DNA of 64,000 bases from Burkholderiales bacterium (GTDB taxonomy: Bacteria > Pseudomonadota > Gammaproteobacteria > Burkholderiales > Sulfuriferulaceae). Under the pieces are notes generated by a model. It did no database searches, was not told the DNA's origin, and saw only the letters and a program-made list of their open reading frames with translations. Positions 22,785 to 34,141 of this stretch are shown in pieces (the first letter of the stretch is position 1; the number at the start of each line of letters is the position of its first letter). The stretch lies in assembly GCA_038217005.1 (NCBI GenBank), contig JBBQPT010000009.1, positions 839 to 64,838 on the forward strand. Reading direction: 5' to 3'. Position numbers and translations under genes: made by a program.

Positions 22785-23797
22785 GCGCCGCAGTAGTGAA
22801 TATTGCCGTTTTAGGTGTAACTACTTTGGTTGGTGAGGCTGTGCTTGCGCATTTGGCTGCAGCAGAGATTAACTTGGGCCAGCTTTATCTGTTGTCTTCG
22901 GGTGAGGCTATCGGTAGCGAGGTTCGGTTTAAATATCAGGATAAAATCGTTACAGATGTCGATACGTTTGATTTTTCACAAGTGCAGATGGCCATATTCG
23001 CAGCGGATGCTGATGTGGCTGCCCGAATTGCGCCCATTGCTGTGGCGGCGGGGTGTGTAGTAATTGATACCAGCCCACAATTTCGTCAAGATGATGATGT
23101 ACCGCTTGTAGTGGTGGGTGTGAATGAAGCAACGCTAAAAGGATTTGGTAAAGATCTTATTATTGCCAGTCCATGTGCAGTTAGCATGCACTTGGCCCTG
23201 AGTTTGAAATCTATAGCCAGTGAGTTTGGTTTAATAAGTGTCACTGTTTCGACTTATCAGGCTGTTTCTGGATCAGGTCAAGCTGGGGTGGATGAGTTGG
23301 CTGAGCAAACCAAAGCAATTTTTAGTCTTAATGAAACTGAGAATAATGTATATGCTAAGCGTATTTCCTTTAACATTTTGCCGCAAGTTGGTGATTTGAT
23401 GGATAATGGTTATAGTATTGAAGAAATGAAGTTGGTTAATGAAACACGAAAAATTTTAGCGCTTCCTGAGTTGGTTGTTAATCCTACGGCTGTTCGTGTG
23501 CCTGTTTTTTACGGGCATGGTCAATCGGTGCAGATCACAACAGTAAAGCCAGTCAGCGTGGGTTTGTCGACAGCTTTGTGGCAGCAGCAGGCTGGTATTC
23601 TTGTTGCTGATAGTGATGACGGTGTTGGGCCTACACCAGTGGACGTGGTGGGTTGTGATGATGTATTTGTTGGGCGAATTCGCGGTGCAATGGGGACTCA
23701 ATCTGGCTTGAATTACTGGTTAGTTGCGGACAATATCCACTCGGGTGTGGCATTAAATAGTGTGCGAATTGTTAATGTGCTAAAAGATTTGATGTGA
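22781..23797 (+). CDS. usg: Asd-family paralog (USG-1 / PA3116-like), divergent
   Basis: [19 protein letters not shown] and WLVADN motifs; ATGA overlap with asd; degenerate nucleotide-binding fingerprint. Confidence 0.75.
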   Translation: MSAAVVNIAVLGVTTLVGEAVLAHLAAAEINLGQLYLLSSGEAIGSEVRFKYQDKIVTDVDTFDFSQVQMAIFAADADVAARIAPIAVAAGCVVIDTSPQFRQDDDVPLVVVGVNEATLKGFGKDLIIASPCAVSMHLALSLKSIASEFGLISVTVSTYQAVSGSGQAGVDELAEQTKAIFSLNETENNVYAKRISFNILPQVGDLMDNGYSIEEMKLVNETRKILALPELVVNPTAVRVPVFYGHGQSVQITTVKPVSVGLSTALWQQQAGILVADSDDGVGPTPVDVVGCDDVFVGRIRGAMGTQSGLNYWLVADNIHSGVALNSVRIVNVLKDLM

Positions 23798-23857
23798 TGT
23801 GATTTAATTTAAAACAATGGATATGTTGAAGCATACCGAAATAAAGGGGTCGAGATA

Positions 23858-26608
23858 ATGCATAAAAAGAAGATGGTGAGTTGTTTGTCAGCTGCTATGT
23901 TGCTACTTGCGCAAGCACCCGCATATAGCGCAGGTTTAGGTAAGCTTTCAATCAACTCAGCGCTGGGTCAGCCTTTGAATGCCGAGATTGAAGTGTTGGC
24001 AACCGACCCAACTGAATTAGCGACCCTGCAAGCGCGGATGGCGAGTCCTGAAGCGTACCGCAACGCTAACGTCGATATGACGGGTGTGTTATCCAGTTTG
24101 AAATTCGTTTTAGAGAAACGGCCTGGTGGTCGTTCGGTGCTGAAAGTAAGTTCGAATAAACCGATTAACGATCCATTTGTGGATATGTTAATCGAGTTAA
24201 ATTGGGGTGGTGGTCAGATGGTGCGCGAGTACACTTTGCTGCTAGACCCACCAGGCATGGCATCAGCTAACACCAATAACAACATCACGGTGACGCCGGC
24301 TACCACGTCAGCACCAACCCCAGCTACCAGTTCGACTGTGCCGACGGCGGAAAAGCCATCAGTTAATAATGTATCGAATGAGCGTGCGCCTGCTAAAGTA
24401 GCGCCAGAAAAAGCGCCTGTGCCGAAAACTGTCGTCAAGCCTAAAGCCGTGCCGCCTGTCGCCAGCAAGCCTGTCGAAGCCGCGCCTGCAAAAACAGAAT
24501 CTGTAGCGCCATCCAACGATTTGGCAGTAATGCCAGCAACTATTGCCGCTAAACGTGGTTCTACGTTAAGTTCATTGGCAAAAGAGGTCAAGCCTGAAGG
24601 CGTGAAGTTGGAACAGATGCTGGTCGGTTTGTATCGTCAAAATCCATCAGCATTTAACGGCAACATGAATCAGATGAAAGCCGGAAAAATTCTGAAAGTG
24701 CCAAGCAAAGAGGAAGTTGCGGCTATCAGCCAGGCTGATGCAGTGCGCGAAATCAAGCTGCAAGCCAATGATTGGCATAATTATCGTCAAAAACTGGCGG
24801 GTGAGGTTGCTGCTGCGCCCGTTGCGGAAACCAAGTCCACACCGAATGTTGGAAAAATTACGCCTAAGGTTGAGGATAAGGCTGCCCCAGTTAAATCTGG
24901 TCAGGATGTGCTTAAGCTCTCCAAAGGTGAGGCACCTGCAACGAATACTCAGGCGGCAAGCGCGGCGAAACCAGCTAAGCCTACTGCGGCTGAGTTAAAG
25001 CAGGCGGCACAGGATGAGGCTGTTGCGAGACAAAAGGCATTGAAGGAAGCGAATGATCGTGCTGCGGCGCTAGAAAAAAATATCAAAGATATGCAGCGCC
25101 TGGTAGAGCTGAAAAACCAGAGCATGGCGAATATGCAAAAAGAAGCCGCCAAGCCAGCGGCTATCACAGCGCCACCTGCGGTCAAACCAGAAGCAAAACC
25201 AGAGGTTGCACCTGCGGTAGTTAAAAAACCTGCAGTAAAACCAGTTGTTCCAGCCCCTGTTCCAGTTGCTGAGCCGGCGTGGTATGAAGATATCAATCCA
25301 CTCTATGCCGCAGGCGGTGCGGTGGGTGCGCTTTTATTGGCATTGCTGGGGTTTATGGCAAAGAGCAGAAGTCGTCGTGCAAACTTGTCCAAGTTTGAAA
25401 ATAGCATCATGACCAATGTTGCGGCGAAGCCAAATACGGTTTACGGTACACAAGGCGGTGCAGTAGTTAATACCAACAATACTTCATTTTTGACTGATTT
25501 TAGCCAGTCAGGTCTGGGCAGCCTTGATACGCATGACGTAGATCCTATCGCTGAAGCGGAAGTGTATATGGCTTATGGCCGAGATGCACAAGCAGAAGAA
25601 ATACTCAAAGAAGCGATGGTTAAAGATCCCGCACGTCATGAAATCAAGTTGAAATTGCTGGAGATCTATGCCGGGCGTAAAAATCTGCCAGCTTTTGAAT
25701 CCATTGCAACTGAATTGTATTCAGCGTTGGCGGGTGAGAACACGCCAGTTTGGGAAAAGGCGGCAGAATTGGGTCGTAGTCTGGATCCAAATAATCCATT
25801 ATATGGCGGCTCGGCAGCGTCTGCTGCAGAAAAAATGGTTGAACCCGTGGTTGCCGCAGCAGCAGTAGCGGCTACGCTTGCTGATGAACCGGCAGAAATT
25901 GATACCACTCCAGTTGCTGAGGGGGTAATGGATTTATCAGGCACATTGGATTTTGATGGCGAGTCATTTGATGTGAATGACATGGTAAGTGATAAAGTCG
26001 TTGCTGAAGAAAGCGTACCTGCAGAGGGTATGTTGGATATGAGCGAGTTTGAATTGCCGGCAACTTTTGAGCCGGCTGCGTTGGAAACATCCAATGTGAT
26101 GGATTTGGATGTGCCTGCTGTTGATGCGCATCATCAAGTTGTTGCTGCGGTTGAGCAACCGACAGAGGTTGAGGCGAATGCTGCTGCCATTGAAGCATTA
26201 GTTCATGACGAAAATATGCTCAACTTTGATTTCAGTGTGGATGAGCCTGTTCATCAAGAGACGGAAGCAGAAGTGGCTCCTGTCGCCACGACAGAAGATA
26301 TTGCGTTGGATTTTTCTGGCATAAGTTTCGATTTTGATGAGCCTGAAGTGGCTGAGGTGTCTGATAAGTCTGCGGTAGCTGAAACGGTTGATGCGACCGA
26401 AGCAGTTGCTGACCATCCTGCTGAAATGCCTGCGGCACCGGAGCTTAGTGAAGCCGAGCAAGAAGTAAAAACCAAGTTAGACTTGGCGCAAGTTTACTTG
26501 GAAATGGGTGACAACGAGAATGCGCGTGAAATTTTGCAAGAAGTGATGCAAGAAGGTAATGCACAACAGCAAGAGCAGGCGCATGCATTTCTACAGCAAG
26601 TGGGTTGA
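23858..26608 (+). CDS. fimV: FimV/HubP family polar landmark protein
   Basis: Signal peptide then GLGKLSINSALGQPLNAEI; LysM-like region; coiled coil; TM helix; DVDPIAEAEVYMAYGRDAQAEEIL; C-terminal TKLDLAQVYLEMGD. Confidence 0.95.
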   Translation: MHKKKMVSCLSAAMLLLAQAPAYSAGLGKLSINSALGQPLNAEIEVLATDPTELATLQARMASPEAYRNANVDMTGVLSSLKFVLEKRPGGRSVLKVSSNKPINDPFVDMLIELNWGGGQMVREYTLLLDPPGMASANTNNNITVTPATTSAPTPATSSTVPTAEKPSVNNVSNERAPAKVAPEKAPVPKTVVKPKAVPPVASKPVEAAPAKTESVAPSNDLAVMPATIAAKRGSTLSSLAKEVKPEGVKLEQMLVGLYRQNPSAFNGNMNQMKAGKILKVPSKEEVAAISQADAVREIKLQANDWHNYRQKLAGEVAAAPVAETKSTPNVGKITPKVEDKAAPVKSGQDVLKLSKGEAPATNTQAASAAKPAKPTAAELKQAAQDEAVARQKALKEANDRAAALEKNIKDMQRLVELKNQSMANMQKEAAKPAAITAPPAVKPEAKPEVAPAVVKKPAVKPVVPAPVPVAEPAWYEDINPLYAAGGAVGALLLALLGFMAKSRSRRANLSKFENSIMTNVAAKPNTVYGTQGGAVVNTNNTSFLTDFSQSGLGSLDTHDVDPIAEAEVYMAYGRDAQAEEILKEAMVKDPARHEIKLKLLEIYAGRKNLPAFESIATELYSALAGENTPVWEKAAELGRSLDPNNPLYGGSAASAAEKMVEPVVAAAAVAATLADEPAEIDTTPVAEGVMDLSGTLDFDGESFDVNDMVSDKVVAEESVPAEGMLDMSEFELPATFEPAALETSNVMDLDVPAVDAHHQVVAAVEQPTEVEANAAAIEALVHDENMLNFDFSVDEPVHQETEAEVAPVATTEDIALDFSGISFDFDEPEVAEVSDKSAVAETVDATEAVADHPAEMPAAPELSEAEQEVKTKLDLAQVYLEMGDNENAREILQEVMQEGNAQQQEQAHAFLQQVG

Positions 26609-27240
26609 TGCAAGTTAGACTTAAATTGCGTTATCCCTGCCATCCAGCCACAGCAGTTTTGCTGTGGCTGTTTTTTGTGGTGTGGATGATGGACAAGCCG
26701 CCAGCAGTGCTGTTGGCTATGAGTGGACTAATGTTGTTAGGATTTAATGGGCAAGTGCTCAAGCAGTTTTTGCGATATTTGCGTAGAAGTCGGTGGTTGC
26801 TGTTGGTGTTGTTTTTAGTTCATGCCTATAGCTTGCCAGGTGCCCCTTTATTGCCGCATTTGGCAGTTTATAGTCCCAGTGTAATCGGGGTGCAAAGCGG
26901 ATTGTTGCAAATGTGGCGGTTAGTGTTGGTGTTAGCGCTACTGGCGATATTAATGGCAAGGCTTACTCGGGAGTCTATGTTGCTGGGTCTATACAGCATC
27001 ATGCGCTATGTGTGTTTTTGGGGGTGTTCGGCGCAGCGAGTCGCGACGCGTATAGGACTGACTTTAACTTATGCCGACGCTTTAATGAATGAGCCGGTGC
27101 CACTGCAGCAGCGTTTGCAGCAGCTGCGTCAGCCACTCATCGTGCCTTCGTCAGATGTGACACTAACGCAGCGCCCGTTTGCGTGGCTGGATTATGCAAG
27201 TCTATTGGCAGTAATGGCTTTATTTTGGTGGATGCCTTAA
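26608..27240 (+). CDS. Orphan CbiQ/EcfT-like membrane protein (ECF T component)
   Basis: HPATA start, RRSRWLL, PG..L, and G.....RL..L pattern; TGATG overlap with fimV and abuts truA. Confidence 0.65.
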   Translation: MQVRLKLRYPCHPATAVLLWLFFVVWMMDKPPAVLLAMSGLMLLGFNGQVLKQFLRYLRRSRWLLLVLFLVHAYSLPGAPLLPHLAVYSPSVIGVQSGLLQMWRLVLVLALLAILMARLTRESMLLGLYSIMRYVCFWGCSAQRVATRIGLTLTYADALMNEPVPLQQRLQQLRQPLIVPSSDVTLTQRPFAWLDYASLLAVMALFWWMP

Positions 27241-28014
27241 ATGCGGATCGTTTTGGGTGTGGAATACAATGGCGCGCAGTTCTGTGGCTGGCAGCATCAG
27301 CCACAGGGTTGTGGTGTACAGGATGCCCTGGAGTTCGCGTTGGCACAAATTGCTGGTCAACCTGTTGCAGTGGTAGCCGCTGGACGTACGGATACGGGCG
27401 TGCACGCTACATTGCAAGTAGTGCATTTCGATGTTGATGTGACGCGCCCGTTAAGCGCATGGGTACGGGGTGTGAATTCGTTTTTACCTGCAGGTGTTGC
27501 CGTGTTGTGGGCACATCCGGTCAGTGAGCAGTTTCATGCGCGCTTTAGTGCGCTGACGCGAAGCTATCGCTATGTCCTGTTAAATCATCCCATCAGGCCT
27601 GCGCTACAGTCAGGACAAGTCGGTTGGTATCATGTGCCACTGGATGTCGTGTTAATGCAGCAAGCGGCGCAATATTTAATTGGGGAGCATGATTTCAGTG
27701 CTTTTCGTGCAGCTGAATGTCAGGCTAATACACCTGTGCGTCACATGAGTGAGTTGCGGGTGAGTCGGCAAGAGCATCAAATTATATTTAACCTTACCGC
27801 GAATGCATTTTTACATCATATGGTGCGCAATATCATCGGTGCACTGGTTTATGTCGGGCAGGGTAAACAGCCGCCAAGCTGGATGCAGCATTTGCTGCAG
27901 CAACGCGATCGTACCCAGTCTGCCCCCACTTTTGCCGCAGCGGGTTTGCATTTGTGTCACGTGAGCTATGATGCACAATGGGATTTGCCCTCCAGTCGTT
28001 CACCTTGCGAGTAA
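27241..28014 (+). CDS. truA: tRNA pseudouridine(38-40) synthase
   Basis: GWQHQP, AGRTDTGVHA and ANAFLHHMVRNI. Confidence 0.97.
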   Translation: MRIVLGVEYNGAQFCGWQHQPQGCGVQDALEFALAQIAGQPVAVVAAGRTDTGVHATLQVVHFDVDVTRPLSAWVRGVNSFLPAGVAVLWAHPVSEQFHARFSALTRSYRYVLLNHPIRPALQSGQVGWYHVPLDVVLMQQAAQYLIGEHDFSAFRAAECQANTPVRHMSELRVSRQEHQIIFNLTANAFLHHMVRNIIGALVYVGQGKQPPSWMQHLLQQRDRTQSAPTFAAAGLHLCHVSYDAQWDLPSSRSPCE

Positions 28015-28017
28015 ACT

Positions 28018-28644
28018 ATGATGCGAACACGGATTAAAATTTGCGGTTTTACCAGCGTCGATGCTGCAGTATATGCCGCTGAGCAAGGCGCAGATGCAAT
28101 AGGCTTGGTATTTTATCCACCTAGTCCGCGCCATGTCGAGATAGCGCAAGCGCAGTTGATTGCCAGGGCGGTGCCTGTTTTTGTTAGCAGCGTTGCGCTG
28201 TTTGTCGATACGGATGTGGCAACTGTGAAGGAAGTCATTGCGCAGGTAAAGCCTGGTCTGCTGCAATTCCATGGTAACGAATCCCCCGCGTACTGTCGCC
28301 AGTTCAATTTACCCTATATTAAAGCCGTGCGCGTAAAGCAGGGGTTAGATTTGGTACAATACGCTTTGCAATTTCATGATGCGCAGGGCATATTACTCGA
28401 TGCTTATGTTGCTGGCGAAGCGGGTGGGACTGGCCATGGGTTTGACTGGAATTTAATCCCCGCAGACTTGCCGCTGCCATTGATATTGTCAGGCGGACTG
28501 GATGCGAGCAACGTCAGTGCAGCGATACAGCAAACGCAGCCTTGGGCCGTGGATGTGTCCAGTGGCGTAGAAGCGAGTAAAGGCATCAAAGATGCGACTA
28601 AAGTCGCTCAATTTATACACGAGGTAAACAATGCGTATCGGTGA
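28018..28644 (+). CDS. trpF: Phosphoribosylanthranilate isomerase
   Basis: [22 protein letters not shown] and AVDVSSGVE. Confidence 0.97.
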   Translation: MMRTRIKICGFTSVDAAVYAAEQGADAIGLVFYPPSPRHVEIAQAQLIARAVPVFVSSVALFVDTDVATVKEVIAQVKPGLLQFHGNESPAYCRQFNLPYIKAVRVKQGLDLVQYALQFHDAQGILLDAYVAGEAGGTGHGFDWNLIPADLPLPLILSGGLDASNVSAAIQQTQPWAVDVSSGVEASKGIKDATKVAQFIHEVNNAYR

Positions 28645-29830
28645 ACTCCCTGATGAACGTGGCCATTTTGGCCCTTATGGTGGTATTTTTGTTGCGGAAA
28701 CATTAATCGCAGCGCTAGATGAGCTGCGTCAGGAATATGATGTGGCACGCAAAGATCCTGCTTTCATGGCGGAATTTCGTCATGAGCTCAAGCATTATGT
28801 AGGTCGCCCTAGCCCGATTTATCACGCCAAGCGTTGGTCGGAACATCTGGGTGGCGCGCAGATTTATCTGAAGCGCGAAGACTTGAATCACACTGGCGCG
28901 CACAAAATCAATAACACCATCGGTCAAGCCTTGTTGGCCCGGCGTATGGGTAAAAAACGGGTGATCGCTGAAACCGGTGCAGGGCAGCATGGTGTTGCAT
29001 CGGCAACGGTTGCTGCGCGTTACGGCATGGAGTGTGTGGTATACATGGGGGCTGATGACGTTGTGCGCCAATCTCCCAACGTATATCGGATGAAACTGCT
29101 GGGTGCAACGGTTGTGCCAGTGTCGTCGGGTTCCAAAACCTTGAAAGATGCGCTCAATGAAGCCATGCGCGACTGGGTCACTAATGTCGCGTCTACGTTT
29201 TATATCCTGGGTACGGCAGCAGGTCCGCACCCTTATCCTATGCTAGTACGTGATTTCCAGTCGGTGATTGGTGACGAGTGCTTAACGCAAATGCCGGAAA
29301 TGGTTGGCCGTCAACCTGATGCGATCATCGCGTGTGTCGGTGGTGGCAGTAACGCGATAGGTATATTCCACCCCTATCTGGATGAAAAAAACGTGCGTTT
29401 AATCGGTGTCGAGGCAGGTGGCGATGGTATATCGACTGGTCGCCACGCCGCGCCATTATCTGCTGGTACGCCTGGTGTGTTGCATGGTTTCCGCAGCTAT
29501 TTAATGCAAGATGATAATGGTCAAATTATCGAAACCCATTCAGTGTCGGCAGGTCTGGATTATCCTGGGGTGGGACCTGAGCATGCCTGGCTGAAAGACA
29601 GCGGACGTGCCGAATATGTGGCGATTAATGATGATGAAGCGATGGCAGCATTTCATAATCTGTGCCGGTTTGAAGGTATTATTCCTGCACTGGAATCCAG
29701 TCATGCACTCGCTCATGCGGCCAAAATTGCACCGACTATGGCTAAAGACCAGATATTGTTAGTCAACTTGTCTGGACGTGGTGATAAAGACATTAATACC
29801 GTAGCGAAACTAGCGGGCATTACGCTGTAA
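28631..29830 (+). CDS. trpB: Tryptophan synthase beta chain
   Basis: [15 protein letters not shown] and [11 protein letters not shown]. Confidence 0.98.
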   Translation: MRIGELPDERGHFGPYGGIFVAETLIAALDELRQEYDVARKDPAFMAEFRHELKHYVGRPSPIYHAKRWSEHLGGAQIYLKREDLNHTGAHKINNTIGQALLARRMGKKRVIAETGAGQHGVASATVAARYGMECVVYMGADDVVRQSPNVYRMKLLGATVVPVSSGSKTLKDALNEAMRDWVTNVASTFYILGTAAGPHPYPMLVRDFQSVIGDECLTQMPEMVGRQPDAIIACVGGGSNAIGIFHPYLDEKNVRLIGVEAGGDGISTGRHAAPLSAGTPGVLHGFRSYLMQDDNGQIIETHSVSAGLDYPGVGPEHAWLKDSGRAEYVAINDDEAMAAFHNLCRFEGIIPALESSHALAHAAKIAPTMAKDQILLVNLSGRGDKDINTVAKLAGITL

Positions 29831-29852
29831 GCCTACCTAAGAGAAAGCAACT

Positions 29853-30656
29853 ATGAGCCGTATTCAACAAACTTTTGCGCAACTCAAAGCTCAGAACAAG
29901 GCTGCGCTGATTCCATTTATTACTGCAGGTGATCCTGATCCGCAACTTACTGTTGCTATATTGCACGGCTTGGTTGAGGCAGGGGCCGATATTATCGAGC
30001 TGGGTGTGCCGTTTTCTGATCCTATGGCAGATGGTCCGACCATACAGCGTGCATCCGAGCGCGCCCTCAAGCATCATGTGGGCTTGCGTGACGTGTTAGC
30101 GATGGTGGCCGAATTTCGCACCACCAATGCCGCCACACCCATCGTGTTGATGGGATATGCGAATCCGATAGAGCACATGGGTTATGCGACTTTTGCGCAA
30201 GCAGCGCATCTGGCGGGCGTGGATGGTGTGTTAACCGTAGATATACCGCCCGAGGAAAGTGTTGCTGAAATATTTACTGCGGCAGGGGTGGATACCATAT
30301 TTTTGCTGTCACCGACAACACCTGATACACGCATTAACCTCGTTGCCAGCAAAGCCAGTGGTTTCGTTTATTATGTATCGCTTAAAGGTGTAACCGGCTC
30401 GGCTAACCTTGATCTGGTTGAGGTTGCACAGCATATTCCAGTAATCCGTGAACGCTGTGGTTTGCCTGTGGGTGTGGGTTTTGGCATACGTGACGCAGCA
30501 ACTGCGGCGAAAATCGCGCAGTTTGCTGATGCCGTCGTGATTGGCAGTCGTATTGTGGAAGAAATAGAAAATTCGCCACGTGAACAAGTGGTGGGTAATT
30601 TAATTAAATTTGTAGCTGAAGTGCGTGCCGCAATGAATGCAGTGGTAAAAGGATAA
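29853..30656 (+). CDS. trpA: Tryptophan synthase alpha chain
   Basis: [17 protein letters not shown] and YVSLKGVTG. Confidence 0.98.
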   Translation: MSRIQQTFAQLKAQNKAALIPFITAGDPDPQLTVAILHGLVEAGADIIELGVPFSDPMADGPTIQRASERALKHHVGLRDVLAMVAEFRTTNAATPIVLMGYANPIEHMGYATFAQAAHLAGVDGVLTVDIPPEESVAEIFTAAGVDTIFLLSPTTPDTRINLVASKASGFVYYVSLKGVTGSANLDLVEVAQHIPVIRERCGLPVGVGFGIRDAATAAKIAQFADAVVIGSRIVEEIENSPREQVVGNLIKFVAEVRAAMNAVVKG

Positions 30657-30659
30657 ATT

Positions 30660-31529
30660 ATGAGCTGGTTTCAAAAAATATTACGTCCAAAAATCAACCG
30701 TCGAATGGCTGACGATGCCAAGAAAATCATGCCTGAAGGTTTGTGGAGTAAGTGTCCATCATGTGAAACGGTATTGTATCGGGCTGATTTAGAGCGGAAC
30801 GCAGAAGTCTGCCCAAAATGTGGCTATCATCATCGTATTAATGCCCGCGCTCGGCTGGATATGTTGCTGGATACGGATGGGCGTGTTGAAATTGCAGCGG
30901 GTGTAGTGCCTGTCGATACGCTGAAATTTAAAGACAGCAAAAAATACAGTGACCGCATTTTGGAAGCGCAGCGCGCAACCAGTGAAAAAGATGCGTTAAT
31001 CGTGATGAAGGGCAGTGTTTGCAATGTGCCATTAGTGGTTGCTGCGTTTGAATTCAAATTTATGGGCGGTTCGATGGGTGCGGTAGTCGGCGAACGTTTT
31101 GTGCGTGGCGTTGAAGCTTGCATACAGGATAAAGTGCCATTTGTCTGTTACGCTGCCAGCGGTGGCGCACGCATGCAGGAAGGTTTATTTTCATTGATGC
31201 AGATGGCGAAAACCAGCGCGGCGCTGACCAAGCTGGCGGAGGCGAAATTGCCATTTATTTCGGTGTTGACCGATCCGACCATGGGTGGGGTGTCAGCGAG
31301 TTTTGCTATGCTGGGAGATGTGATTATTGCCGAACCTAAGGCTTTAATCGGTTTTGCCGGCCCGCGCGTGATCGAGCAAACAGTGCGTGAGACTTTGCCA
31401 GAAGGCTTTCAGCGTGCTGAGTTCTTGCAAGAACATGGTGCCGTGGATTTGATTATCGACCGTCGTGAAATGCGTGATCGTTTGTCTAGTTTGTTGTCCA
31501 TGATGCAACGCATGCCCGCGGCGGCTTAA
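30660..31529 (+). CDS. accD: Acetyl-CoA carboxylase carboxyltransferase beta subunit
   Basis: Zn finger KCPSC..CPKC; GGSMG and SGGARMQEG. Confidence 0.98.
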   Translation: MSWFQKILRPKINRRMADDAKKIMPEGLWSKCPSCETVLYRADLERNAEVCPKCGYHHRINARARLDMLLDTDGRVEIAAGVVPVDTLKFKDSKKYSDRILEAQRATSEKDALIVMKGSVCNVPLVVAAFEFKFMGGSMGAVVGERFVRGVEACIQDKVPFVCYAASGGARMQEGLFSLMQMAKTSAALTKLAEAKLPFISVLTDPTMGGVSASFAMLGDVIIAEPKALIGFAGPRVIEQTVRETLPEGFQRAEFLQEHGAVDLIIDRREMRDRLSSLLSMMQRMPAAA

Positions 31530-32773
31530 TGGATTTAGCCGGCTGGCTGAATCATTTAGCAAACCTACACCCGCAGACCATCGATATGGGGCTGGCGCGG
31601 GTGGGGGCGGTACGCAAGGTGTTATTGCCCCAGTTGCATGCGCCCATCATCACTGTAGCCGGGACTAATGGCAAAGGTTCAACCTGCGCCTACCTCGAAG
31701 CCATGCTCAGTGCAGCAGGCTATCGCGTAGGTTTATATACCTCACCTCATCTTTTGCGTTTTAACGAGCGCATACGATTAAATCAATCAGAAGCCGACGA
31801 TGCAGCAATTTGTGCTGCATTCAGCGCCATAGAAGCGGCACGCGGTGATATTTCATTAAGCTATTTTGAGTTTGCTACGCTGGCTGCTGTATGGCTGTTT
31901 GAGCAAGCAGAAGTAGATGTGATGATATTAGAGGTTGGCTTGGGCGGTCGTCTGGATGCGGTTAATGCATTTGATGCGCAAGTCGCCGTAGTTACCAATA
32001 TCGATATCGATCACGTTGACTATTTGGGTGACAATCGCGAGCTGATCGGACGTGAAAAGGCGGGTGTCTTTCGGCCACAGCGTCCGGCGGTTTGCGGCGA
32101 TGCGCACCCACCTGAATCATTACAAAGTAGCGCAGAATTGATCGGGGCCGATTGGCATGCGCTGGGGCGTGATTTTAATTATCAGGTAAGTTCGGACGGC
32201 TGGCATTATCACGGGGTACGAGATTATTTAAATTTGCCCCTGCCAGCGATGCAAGGTGCATATCAAATCAATAATGCGGCCACGGCGATTGCGGCGTTGA
32301 GTTATTTCGATGCCTATTGTCCAGTGGATGAGCATGCGCTACGACAAGGTTTGCAAACAGCGCAAGTCACCGGACGATTCCAGGTAATAGCCCACGCGCC
32401 CATGCGGATATTGGATGTCGCTCACAATCCTCACGGTGCTAAAGCGCTGGCGGCGAATTTAGCGCAACTGCCTGTCGTTGGTAAAACCTATGCAGTCTTT
32501 GCCATGCTGTCGGATAAGGATATTGCGGGCGTGATTGCTGCTATGCGTGATGTAATCGATGTGTGGGTGATTGCCGGGTTGGATGTGCCACGTGGTGCCA
32601 AACTCGAGCTGTTGCAAGCACAATTGCAGGCGCTGCATGTTTCTGTCATCGTTACTCAAACGGATATTGTATCTGCTTGGTTTTATGCCTGTGAACATGC
32701 GGCAGAAAATGATAGAATATGCGCCTTTGGTTCCTTCTACACAGTCGCCGCAGTTTTAGATGCGGTCAAATAG
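31529..32773 (+). CDS. folC: Bifunctional dihydrofolate / folylpolyglutamate synthase
   Basis: VAGTNGKGST, YTSPHL, EVGLGGRLDAVN and LDVAHNPHG. Confidence 0.97.
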   Translation: MDLAGWLNHLANLHPQTIDMGLARVGAVRKVLLPQLHAPIITVAGTNGKGSTCAYLEAMLSAAGYRVGLYTSPHLLRFNERIRLNQSEADDAAICAAFSAIEAARGDISLSYFEFATLAAVWLFEQAEVDVMILEVGLGGRLDAVNAFDAQVAVVTNIDIDHVDYLGDNRELIGREKAGVFRPQRPAVCGDAHPPESLQSSAELIGADWHALGRDFNYQVSSDGWHYHGVRDYLNLPLPAMQGAYQINNAATAIAALSYFDAYCPVDEHALRQGLQTAQVTGRFQVIAHAPMRILDVAHNPHGAKALAANLAQLPVVGKTYAVFAMLSDKDIAGVIAAMRDVIDVWVIAGLDVPRGAKLELLQAQLQALHVSVIVTQTDIVSAWFYACEHAAENDRICAFGSFYTVAAVLDAVK

Positions 32774-32781
32774 GAAGCGCA

Positions 32782-33639
32782 ATGGCCATACAAGCCACCT
32801 CTGAAGAACAGCTAAGATTTAAGAAGCGTGCACGCCAGCGTTTGCTAGGTGCGGGTGCGTTATTACTCACCGCCGCTATCGTCCTGCCGCTAGTGCTGGA
32901 CGCTACCCCACGACAGCCACGCTCAGATGTGATCATCGACATGGTCGGTTCCGTTAAGCCAGCAAACGTGCCGGTTAAGCCGGTGACGGCTATTGCCGAT
33001 GTAGCCGCAACGCCTGATTCAGCAGTGATTCCATCGGCAATGCCGCAGCAGAGTGCGGAAAACAAATTGACCGAGGTAAAGCCCCTAGTTGAAAAAGATG
33101 TGGCAAATAGTTTCGCCACTCCAGCCGCTTTGCCCAAGACATCGACACCGCTGACTGAAAAAGCATCAAATAATGCTGCGCACCAGCCTGAGACTAATGC
33201 AAAGTTAAAATCTAAAGTGGAAGTTGCAGCTGAGACTAAACCTGAGGTCAAGTCTGCCATCAAAGCTGATGTTAAAGCGGAAGCCAAACCTAAGCCAGAA
33301 ACTAAAAAACCTGAAGTAAAAGTCGAGACCAAGACTACACCTGAGACTAAAGTCGCGGTAAAAGTTGAGCCTAAGCTGCCTGTTGATACATCGCACGAGA
33401 AGAATGCCGCGAGTTCCCAACATTTCGTGGTGCAATTGGGTGCATTTAGCAATGCGGAAAATATCCAGCAGTTGCGTGATCGTCTAAGCGCCGTAGGTGT
33501 GAGCACTTATACAGAAAAATTACCCAGTGGCGCAACGCGTGTACGTGTCGGTCCTTATGCGGATAAAGCGCAGGCTGATAAAGTGCTCGCTAAAATTAAT
33601 GCAGCAGGTGTGCAAGCTCAAGTTGTCCCGTTGAAATAA
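32782..33639 (+). CDS. dedD: SPOR domain cell-division protein (DedD)
   Basis: N-terminal KKRARQRLLGA plus TM helix; Pro/Lys/Glu-rich linker; SPOR domain VVQLGAFSN...RVRVGPY; lies between folC and cvpA. Confidence 0.9.
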   Translation: MAIQATSEEQLRFKKRARQRLLGAGALLLTAAIVLPLVLDATPRQPRSDVIIDMVGSVKPANVPVKPVTAIADVAATPDSAVIPSAMPQQSAENKLTEVKPLVEKDVANSFATPAALPKTSTPLTEKASNNAAHQPETNAKLKSKVEVAAETKPEVKSAIKADVKAEAKPKPETKKPEVKVETKTTPETKVAVKVEPKLPVDTSHEKNAASSQHFVVQLGAFSNAENIQQLRDRLSAVGVSTYTEKLPSGATRVRVGPYADKAQADKVLAKINAAGVQAQVVPLK

Positions 33640-33643
33640 CACG

Positions 33644-34132
33644 ATGAACAGTGTGGACTGGGGTATTTTGCTGGTGTTGTTCCTGTCCATGTTGCTGGGT
33701 CTGGTTCGTGGTGGCGTCAAAGAAATATTGTCGTTATCTGCATGGGTGTTGGCATTCATTACTGCCAAGTCGTTTGCCGAGAGCGCGGCAGTGTTTGTAC
33801 CTGCTTTTATTACTACGCCCGCGATTCGTTATTTAGCCGGATTCTTGCTGGTGTTTATTGCGGTGATGGTGCTATCCATGTTGCTGAGTCTGTTGTTGTC
33901 AGAATCGCTCAAAGCGGCGGGGTTAGGTCTGATCGACAGGTTGTTGGGATTTATATTTGGTGCGATACGTGGATTGTTTATTGTTACCACCTTGGTATTG
34001 CTGGCAGGTTTAACTGCGTTGCCGAAAATCGAGTTATGGCAGCAGTCTTATATCACACCAATGTTTGTTAAGTTGGCAGTCATATCCACGCCTTGGCTGC
34101 CTGATGGTTTGGTTAAACATATACACTTTTAG
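33644..34132 (+). CDS. cvpA: CvpA family (colicin V production) membrane protein
   Basis: VDW..L, GLVRGGVKE and DRLLGFIFGAIRG; position before purF. Confidence 0.93.
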   Translation: MNSVDWGILLVLFLSMLLGLVRGGVKEILSLSAWVLAFITAKSFAESAAVFVPAFITTPAIRYLAGFLLVFIAVMVLSMLLSLLLSESLKAAGLGLIDRLLGFIFGAIRGLFIVTTLVLLAGLTALPKIELWQQSYITPMFVKLAVISTPWLPDGLVKHIHF

Positions 34133-34141
34133 GGATTTCCT

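Noticed and set aside
33190-33375. Imperfect GAGACTAA / CCTGA(G/A) repeats in dedD and Pro/Ala repeats in fimV
   Set aside because: Coding low-complexity linkers without constant spacing; not CRISPR and not a true VNTR.
32766-33506. 246-aa antisense ORF opposite dedD
   Set aside because: It mirrors the low-complexity Pro/Lys/Glu linker, has no motif or RBS, and lies entirely inside a real gene.
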